A stretch of DNA of 57,909 nucleotides, the filler included, from Basidioascus undulatus (lineage: Eukaryota): NCBI GenBank assembly GCA_000826855.1. It is 4 parts of 4 records of this genome, joined end to end, with 100 filler letters (N's around TTAATTAATTAA, not from the genome) between each part and the next. Parts side by side here need not be neighbours in the genome. Positions count along the whole stretch, not along the records: positions 49,338 to 57,909 come from JTLS01001370.1; 3 more parts are not named here. The stretch is one strand, 5' to 3'. Both the position numbers and the translations under genes were made by a program. Below are positions 50,640 to 57,909 of the stretch, in pieces. Each line of letters begins with the position of its first letter. The stretch's first letter is position 1. Under the pieces are notes generated by a model. The model had not been told where the DNA came from, did no database searches, and saw nothing but the letters and a program-made list of their open reading frames with translations.

Positions 50640-53600
50640 ATCAACCTCCGACATCTCTCGACCCACGCATCCTCGGCTCCCCACATACGATCCTTACGCC
50701 GCTCCGATTCTCCGCCATCCTAGATTCCGAAGCACACTTTGTCATCCCTGTCACCCTCTTCTCAGACTCCCAACCCATATCAGCCCATGCCCTCGTGGAT
50801 TCCGGGGCTAACTCGCTCTTCATCGATGACCGGTTTGCGGCCCAACACCAGCTCCACCTCATCCGGAAATCGGTGCCTCGCCCACTCCATGTCATCGACG
50901 GCCGACCCATCTCATCTGGAGCAGTCACGCATTCTATCTCCGCCACCCTCGACATCGGTCCGCACTCCGAATCTTCCTCTTTTGATGTCTGTCGTATCGG
51001 TCACTACTCCATCGTCCTTGGTATCCCCTGGCTGCGTCGCCACAATCCCACCATCGATTGGCAACGCAACACCATCTCGTTCAACTCCAACAACTGCAAC
51101 CACTCCTGTCTCCCTGTCTCGTCTACGCTGTCCGCCCTCCCGCTCGTCCCCGCGTATCAAGACCCGGCTCGGCACCATTCTGTTACTTCGGTCAGCCGAG
51201 GACATGCCAATTCGGCTAGCACATCCGTTCAGCCCGTATTCCCCAGTCCTGCACCACATGCATCTGTCCAGCCCCGCTCCAACGTACCCGTCCCAGTCGG
51301 CCAAGGGCAAGCCAGCTCGGCTCCTTGCGCATCTATCCAGCCCGTACCTCCCAGCCCGGCCCTTCGTGCCTCAGCCCAGTCCACGACCCCGGCAGTCCCG
51401 CCACAGGCACGCATTGCCCTGATAGGAGCAGCAGCTTTCGCCGCCGCTGCCGCCCTCCCAGGTTCCACCACCTTCGCCATGCCCATCCGTCAAATCCTCA
51501 GCGATCTCACCGTCAACGCCACTAGCCAACCCACTCGTCCCGATAACCCATCCACCACCCCTCTTTCCGAACTTCTTCCGCCCCTCCCCGATCCTCCGGA
51601 CTACATCGAGAACCTCCGCGGCATCGTCCCTCCGGAATATCACGACCTCCTCACGGCATTCTCCAAGACACAGGCAGACACACTTCCCCCGCACCGTCCA
51701 TACGACCACGCTATCGACCTCGAACCCGGCACAACCCCTCCATTCGGCCCTCTATACTCTCTATCCGAGCCCGAACTCAAGGAACTCTCGAAATGGATCC
51801 AGGAAAATCTCTCGAAGGGGTTCATCCGCGCCTCGAAATCCCCTGCCGGTGCCCCAATCTTGTTTGTCAAGAAGAAGGACGGTTCGCTTCGCCTCTGCGT
51901 CGACTACCGGGGCCTCAACCGCATCACCGTCAAGAACCGCTACCCACTCCCTCTTATATCGGAAACCCTCGACCACCTCCGCGGCGCCAAAACCTTCACC
52001 AAACTCGACCTCCGTGGCGCTTACAACCTCCTCCGTATCAAGTCCGGTGACGAATGGAAGACTGCCTTCCGCACCCGTTACGGCCTCTTCGAATGTCTCG
52101 TCATGCCCTTCGGTCTCACCAACGCTCCAGCCTCATTCCAGCACCTCATGAATGATATCTTCCGTGACATCCTCGACGTCTTCGTCCTCGTCTACCTCGA
52201 CGACATCCTCGTTTTCTCCCGCGACCCAACCCAACATGAGCAACACGTCCGCGAGGTACTCCGTCGTCTCATCAACAATGGGCTCTACGCCAAGGCCGAG
52301 AAATGCGAGTTTTCCAAGGCCTCCACCGAGTTCCTCGGCTTCATCATCAACGCCGACGGCATCGCAATGTCACCCACCAAAGTCGATGCTGTCCTCTCCT
52401 GGCCAGAGCCGCAGACAGTCACGGAGCTGCAGGCCTTCCTCGGTTTCGCCAACTTCTACCGCCGCTTCATTCAAGGCTACTCCCGCATCATCCTGCCCCT
52501 CACTCGTCTCCTCAAAAAGGGCGCCATCTTCTCCTTCGACACCCCAGCCCGAACTGCGTTCCAGGCCCTCAAATCCGCATTCACATCCGCTCCCATCCTT
52601 CGCCACTTCGACCGTGCCCTAGAAACAGTCATCGAGTCCGACGCTTCGGATTACGCCATCTCCGCCATACTCTCCCAAGTCCACCCCGACAACCTCCTCC
52701 ACCCTGTCGCCTTCATGTCCCGCAAAATGTCAACAGCCGAGCGCAACTATGAGATCCACGACAAGGAGCTTCTCGCCATCGTCTCCGCAGTCAAGCTATG
52801 GAGACACCACCTCGAAAGCCTCATCGAACCATTCCGCATCCTCACGGATCACAAGAACCTCGAGCATTTCCAGACCGCCCGCATCCTCTCCCGCCGCCAA
52901 GCTCGCTGGTCCGAAGAGATCAACCATCACAAATATTCCATCGTCTATCGCCCTGGCGTCAAGAATGGTAAAGCGGACGCCCTCACCCGGCGTCGCGATT
53001 TTTCAGAAGGGGGAAAGGCTTCGCAGGCACCTGCCCAGATCCTCCTCCGCCCCGTCTCTCTCTCCGCCACGCTCCCAGCGACCACCCTCTCCCCTGCCTC
53101 CGACCTCGCAGACCGCATCCGCTCCTCACTCGACCATGATCCGGCCATCAAACACCTCCTCCCATTCCTACGCAATCCCGACCTTCCCCGCGACACTGGA
53201 ACAGCGACCGCCCTCGAACCCTTCTCCCTCGAAGAAAACCTCCTTCTGCGCAACGGCCTCATCTACATCCCGGATTCCGAACCTCTTAAAGTCGACATCC
53301 TACGCAAAGCGCATGACGGCCTTACCGCCGGACACTTTGGCCAAGCCAAGACCCTCGAGATCATCACCCGCGACTTCTACTGGCCGCAGATGCGCACCTT
53401 CGTCAACGACTACGTCCGCACCTGCGATGCATGCCAACGAGCCAAGCCCCCTCACCACAAGCCCCACGGTCTTCTGGCCCCGCTCCCGGTTCCTCCTCGT
53501 CCCTGGTCCTCGGTCTCGATCGACCACATTGTCGAACTTCCTTTGTCGAAGGGCCACAATGCTATCCTCGTCAGCGTCGACCGTCTCACCAAGCAAGCCC

Positions 53601-54613
53601 ACTTCATTCCCGCCAAGGACACCGATACCTCCCAGGATGTCGCCAACCAGTTTATCTGCAACATCTTCCGACTTCACGGTCTTCCACACGACATTGTCTC
53701 TGACCGCGGCTCACGCTTCACCTCCAAGTGGTGGACCGAAGTCGAACGCCTCCTACACATCAAGCCGAATCTCTCAACCGCCTTCCATCCCGAATCCGAC
53801 GGCCAGACGGAGAGGGTAAACCAGGTCCTCGAGCAATACCTCCGAATTTTCTGCGACCACCTTCAGGACGACTGGTACGACCTCCTCCCTGTCGCCGAAT
53901 TTGCATACAACAACTCCTTTCACTCCTCCATCGGCATGACCCCCTTCTTTGCCAATCACGGCTACCACCCTCGCCTCGAAGTCTCCCTCCAAGAATCCAA
54001 GGTCCCTGCCGCCCTCGAGCATGTCCGAAACCTCAAAGAGGTCCATGAAACCGCTGCAGCTGCCATCTCCAAGGCCCTGGCGACCCACGCACGCTACGCC
54101 AATCGGGACCGCACGGCTATACCTGAGGATGCCTTCAAGCCGGGTGCCCGGGTCTGGCTTCTCCGCCGCCACATCCGAACCGAACGACCCAGTGACAAGC
54201 TCGACGACAAACGCCTCGGCCCCTTCGCCATTGTCAAGGCTGTTGGCCGCTCCGCATTCCGCCTCGCCCTTCCCCCGTCCATGCATATCCACCCGGTCTT
54301 CCACGCCTCGCTCCTCGAGCCCTACCACCCCAACACCCTCCCCTCCCGCTCAACTCCCCTACCGCCCCCACCCATCGTTAACGCCGAAGGAGAAGAGGAG
54401 TACGAAGTATCCCGCATCCTCGACTCCCGCCTTTTCCGCCGGAGGTTACAGTACCTGGTCGATTGGGCTGGCTATGGCCCCGAGGAACGCAGCTGGGTTT
54501 CTGCCGATGACTTCGATGATGACGACTCCCTGGTACTCGAATTCCACCAGTCGCGTCCCAATCGGCCCTCCCGGACTACCTCCTACATCCGGGCTCGCAG
54601 AGCTCGCCCTTGA
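50582..54613 (+). CDS. pol: Pol polyprotein in -1 frame relative to gag (PR, RT, RNase H, integrase, chromodomain)
   Basis: ALVDSGA protease; [42 protein letters not shown] RNase H; H-x6-H...CDAC and DDE integrase; [24 protein letters not shown]...[16 protein letters not shown] chromodomain. Confidence 0.95.
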   Translation, partial: GKSSGSSPRRHCGLSLPRCHQPPTSLDPRILGSPHTILTPLRFSAILDSEAHFVIPVTLFSDSQPISAHALVDSGANSLFIDDRFAAQHQLHLIRKSVPRPLHVIDGRPISSGAVTHSISATLDIGPHSESSSFDVCRIGHYSIVLGIPWLRRHNPTIDWQRNTISFNSNNCNHSCLPVSSTLSALPLVPAYQDPARHHSVTSVSRGHANSASTSVQPVFPSPAPHASVQPRSNVPVPVGQGQASSAPCASIQPVPPSPALRASAQSTTPAVPPQARIALIGAAAFAAAAALPGSTTFAMPIRQILSDLTVNATSQPTRPDNPSTTPLSELLPPLPDPPDYIENLRGIVPPEYHDLLTAFSKTQADTLPPHRPYDHAIDLEPGTTPPFGPLYSLSEPELKELSKWIQENLSKGFIRASKSPAGAPILFVKKKDGSLRLCVDYRGLNRITVKNRYPLPLISETLDHLRGAKTFTKLDLRGAYNLLRIKSGDEWKTAFRTRYGLFECLVMPFGLTNAPASFQHLMNDIFRDILDVFVLVYLDDILVFSRDPTQHEQHVREVLRRLINNGLYAKAEKCEFSKASTEFLGFIINADGIAMSPTKVDAVLSWPEPQTVTELQAFLGFANFYRRFIQGYSRIILPLTRLLKKGAIFSFDTPARTAFQALKSAFTSAPILRHFDRALETVIESDASDYAISAILSQVHPDNLLHPVAFMSRKMSTAERNYEIHDKELLAIVSAVKLWRHHLESLIEPFRILTDHKNLEHFQTARILSRRQARWSEEINHHKYSIVYRPGVKNGKADALTRRRDFSEGGKASQAPAQILLRPVSLSATLPATTLSPASDLADRIRSSLDHDPAIKHLLPFLRNPDLPRDTGTATALEPFSLEENLLLRNGLIYIPDSEPLKVDILRKAHDGLTAGHFGQAKTLEIITRDFYWPQMRTFVNDYVRTCDACQRAKPPHHKPHGLLAPLPVPPRPWSSVSIDHIVELPLSKGHNAILVSVDRLTKQAHFIPAKDTDTSQDVANQFICNIFRLHGLPHDIVSDRGSRFTSKWWTEVERLLHIKPNLSTAFHPESDGQTERVNQVLEQYLRIFCDHLQDDWYDLLPVAEFAYNNSFHSSIGMTPFFANHGYHPRLEVSLQESKVPAALEHVRNLKEVHETAAAAISKALATHARYANRDRTAIPEDAFKPGARVWLLRRHIRTERPSDKLDDKRLGPFAIVKAVGRSAFRLALPPSMHIHPVFHASLLEPYHPNTLPSRSTPLPPPPIVNAEGEEEYEVSRILDSRLFRRRLQYLVDWAGYGPEERSWVSADDFDDDDSLVLEFHQSRPNRPSRTTSYIRARRARP

Positions 54614-54622
54614 AGAAGGGGG
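54612..54622 (+). other. Polypurine tract
   Basis: GAAGAAGGGGG ending 4 nt before the 3' LTR TGTCA. Confidence 0.85.
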
Positions 54623-54626
54623 CTAC

Positions 54627-54972
54627 TGTCATGAACGTCTTAACAAATATTCAATTCTCGACAACTGTCAAACCTTGCCACCTCATTTTACGCTCTCACC
54701 CTTTCCCGACACACTCTCGCCCCCCCTGTCACATTCTCACCCGAGACCCTCTCGAACATTCTGGCAGCCGGTTACCTCTCAGCGATGCAACGCTTCCGTT
54801 AGCTATAAAAACCCCCACGTACCCTCTACATGTTCTCCATCTGGTCTTGCTTTCTTGTTCCCACATTAACGTAGTCCCTGCTCCAACCTTACTCGTCTCG
54901 TAATCAACCATTGCCCCCACAAGCCCCGGGTAGCCCCCGTTGCGGTCTGCTTCGCTCTGCCGGATCCTGACA
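54627..54972 (+). repeat. 3' LTR, 346 bp, TGTCA...TGACA, TATA box at 54804-54810
   Basis: Terminal 5-bp inverted repeat, adjacent PPT, and TATAAAA inside the LTR. Confidence 0.93.
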
Positions 54973-56199
54973 GGCTGGTCCATGAAGCAATACAGTGATA
55001 CTTCTCTTGGCATGATGGTTGTCTTTCTCCAACCCAACACCGCTTTGTAGGAGGGTGAGGATCACAGGAAGATTGAAGATGGACACACAGTATTCCAGCT
55101 CCCGTCCTTTGTGCATGTTACCCCACACAAGCAACTGCAAGCTCAGTAAGCCATTAAGGAGATCTGATATCTAATCACCATAAGGTCTTTCCCCCTTATG
55201 TTTCCAACCTTTTGCTGCACCCTCAGGCTCTCAAGGACCCCCACAAACCCCCACCTCCCAATGTACCCCACACTGCAACCCACACTGCACTTCTCACACA
55301 TCAACAAGACATGCCTGGGGCAGGGGTGCTGCATACTGTCATGACTCTCTGGTTTCGTCATCCTCATCTCTTGGGAGGTACAGAAAAGGTCCTGAAAGAC
55401 ACACCAGTGCAAGTGACTTTGCTTGACATGCAGGTTGCCAGGGCCAAGTGGCAGTCCATCAAGCTGATCTTCCTGCGCTCTTGTTCCATACACTGTATCC
55501 CCTCCCCCTCAAAGCTTCAGATATTCACCTGAAAGTCTTCTCTGGGGATTCTGGCAGAGTCAGAAGAGGCTGCTCGTGGGCAGATGATCCGAAATGAGTA
55601 GAGAGAGGATGGGGGAAGCCATGCTGAGGTGGGGTGAGTATGGAATGGTGGAATGGGGAAGAAAAAGAAAGGGGAGCAGAGCGTGTAACTTGATGGAGGA
55701 AGAGAAACAGAGGTTGCAGTGGGCCAAGGGAGCACGCTGTTGCACAACACATTCGTGTTTCCAGTGTGTGTGTGGTCCAACACAGGTTCTGCTTCTCGAA
55801 TCGAATTATTTCTGTTATTATACTGATTTTATTGGTTTAAACTATACATCCAACTCTTGAAAGAAAGAAGGCTGTCGGAAATCTGCAGTCATGAGCCGGC
55901 GTAACATACATTGTCTATGCGTGACCTTTTCTCCCTCCAGAAATACTTATGACCAAAAAAGAGCATGAAACGACCAAAAAGCATTAAGGCTTCTCCTCGT
56001 CCCCAGCGCGTTGCAAACGTCGCTGCGGTGGTCTCCACGCACAGTTTGGCGCCCCGCTGGCCTCTGACCTTGCCCTGAACCCGAAATCCCACGTGGGAAA
56101 GAAATCACGTGCGATAAGCTCACCGTCTTCTCTCTTTACTTTCATCAACCTTTCGCTCACACTTTTCGCTCACACTTTTACCAGCATAACCAACTTACG

Positions 56200-57909
56200 A
56201 TGGGCAAAAACTCGAAAGCAGCTAAGAGGCGGCGTGCCAACGACGGCAGCGCCCGCCTCGTTGCGCCCGCGCCCGCGCCACTCCCCACGCCGCCGCTGGA
56301 GGCCGACGGTCGGGCGGAGGGGGATGACGATGGGGAGTTGATTGGGGGGCTGCTATTGCCTGAAGAGTGAGTTCTTGACCTGTAAAATGAATGAGAGGTC
56401 TGGAGGTGGTGTGGTTGACGGAGAATTATTGACCCGCAGGCTCCAGATCACGATCGAAACGCTGCACACGCTGAGCCGGAACGTCGACGTGCTCAAGTCC
56501 AAGCAGTTCAAGGGGCTCAAAGCCGCTGTCTGGGACTTCCAGACGCGCTGGTCCGAAGCAGGCGGTGCTGGTCCGTTTATCATCTATCCCTTCCCCTTCC
56601 CCATTCTCCTGCCCCCAGCTTCCCTTAACCCCGTGGCACGGGCGTGACAGGCCACTCCCTCGTCTCCCGCATATCGCTCGCACTCCAAGACGCGCGCTAC
56701 ACCGACGCGCTCGTCCTCCTCTCGGAGCTGCGCATCCGCAGGCAGCGCCCGAAGCTGGGTGCGCTGCAGCGCTGGGTGCGCGAGTGCGACGCGGCGAGCC
56801 GCGCGGAGGGGGAGGTCGTTTGGGAGGTGCTGGAGGCTATTTTGCGTACGACCGAGGAGGGCGCTGGGGGAGAGGAGGCCAAGGGTGGCAAGCAGGTGGT
56901 CAAGAAGGAGAGGGAGGATGTTGTGAAGAGGTGTGAGGACTGGGTGACGAGGGAGCCGAGCGGGCTGGATTTGTGGGAGGAGCTGCAGAGCGGGAAATTG
57001 ACTGGTACGTCTGGCCCTCAATTCATCACGACAAGCACGGCTTTCGTTGAAACTCAATTGCTGACCCGACCGACAGCCGACCGCTCCACGCTCTCCGCAC
57101 CCTTCCTCCCCCTCCAGCGCACCCCCGGCGCGCAGCGTCGCCCCCCCAACCAATTCCCCTCCACCGTCTTCTACTCGCCCTCAAACCCGCTCGCCCTCTC
57201 GCCCTCCCCAGCAACGCCCGTAACCCGACTCGACCACCCCTCCGTCCGCGGCGCCTTCCTCCTGCACGACGTGCTCTCCGTGCGCGAGGCGCGCGCGATC
57301 ATCCAGGCGGCCGAGGCCGTCGGGCTCGAGCCCGACCGCCCCTCCGGCGGGAGCGCCAAGGAGCTGCAGAGCATTTTGGCGGACAATATGGTCTGGCTTG
57401 CGGATGCCGAGTTTGAGAGGACCTTGTTTGAGAGGGTGAGGGAGCTCCTGCCGCAGAGCGTGGATGGGGGCGAGGTGAAGGGCATTAACAGGAGGTTTAG
57501 GATCTACCGGTGCGCACTCGTCCTTCCTTCCCGGCCCCGGGCTCCGGACTGAGCTTCTACTAAACGCTTCCAGGTACATCCCTGGCGCGACCTACCGCCC
57601 GCATATCGAGTCGGTCACTCTTCCACTTCCGTCCTCTCCCGCAGCCGACTGATCTTCGTTCGTATTCTCGCCCACAGCGGCGCCTGGCCCGCCTCCTCCC
57701 TCTCCACCGCCTCCGGCACGCCCGAATACACCTACGACTCGGACCCCTCCCTCTACTCCCGCCTCACGCTGCTCCTCTACCTGAACGACGGCTTCCCAGG
57801 CGGGTGCACGGTTCGTCCTTCTCGCCATCCCCCCATCTCCTTTTGCCCCACTTCCTCCCCTCTCCCTCAGCAGCTCCTTCACCACACTACTCCGGTTCGG
57901 CGCGATCGC
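56200..57909 (+). CDS. 2-oxoglutarate/Fe(II)-dependent dioxygenase (prolyl-4-hydroxylase-like) with N-terminal extension; 3' end runs off the window
   Basis: AFLLHDVLSVREARAII, GINRRFRIYR/YIPGATYRPHID/GAWP, YSRLTLLLYLNDGFPGGCT: an HxD motif plus the LYLN...GG.T DSBH signature. Confidence 0.85.

Larger units (their letters stand above)
49338..54972 (+). mobile_element. Ty3/gypsy LTR retrotransposon, chromovirus (Tf1/sushi-like), intact ORFs
   Basis: Order is LTR-gag-PR-RT-RH-IN-chromodomain-PPT-LTR. The 91 nt of 5' LTR that survive are identical to the end of the 3' LTR. Confidence 0.97.

Overview
Intron-rich, GC-rich fungal (basidiomycete-type) genomic DNA made of four contigs joined by artificial N44-TTAATTAATTAA-N44 linkers (8587-8686, 17267-17366, 49238-49337), so gene order across the joins is unverified. 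Conserved genes: a GH2 glycosidase, LIN1/CD2BP2 (U5-52K), SF3B14, AKR1 palmitoyltransferase, an SDR, SVP26, DID2, RPL35, a Sid1-like Ste20/GCK kinase, PNC1 and a 2OG-Fe(II) oxygenase. Between them lies fast-evolving material: at least five disabled F-box-like genes, two tandem secreted Cys-rich paralogs, a CFEM gene with a premature stop, and three secreted Lys/Asp-rich low-complexity genes. The right end holds an intact Ty3/gypsy chromovirus with a Tf1-type self-priming signal (no tRNA PBS) and a slippery heptamer plus pseudoknot for -1 gag-pol frameshifting. The best candidates for undescribed biology are a tail-anchored coiled-coil protein with a dynein-adaptor-like CC1 box (AAxxG) and the secreted, Kex2-site-bearing polyampholyte family. 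All exon structures were read by eye, without database searches or expression data.
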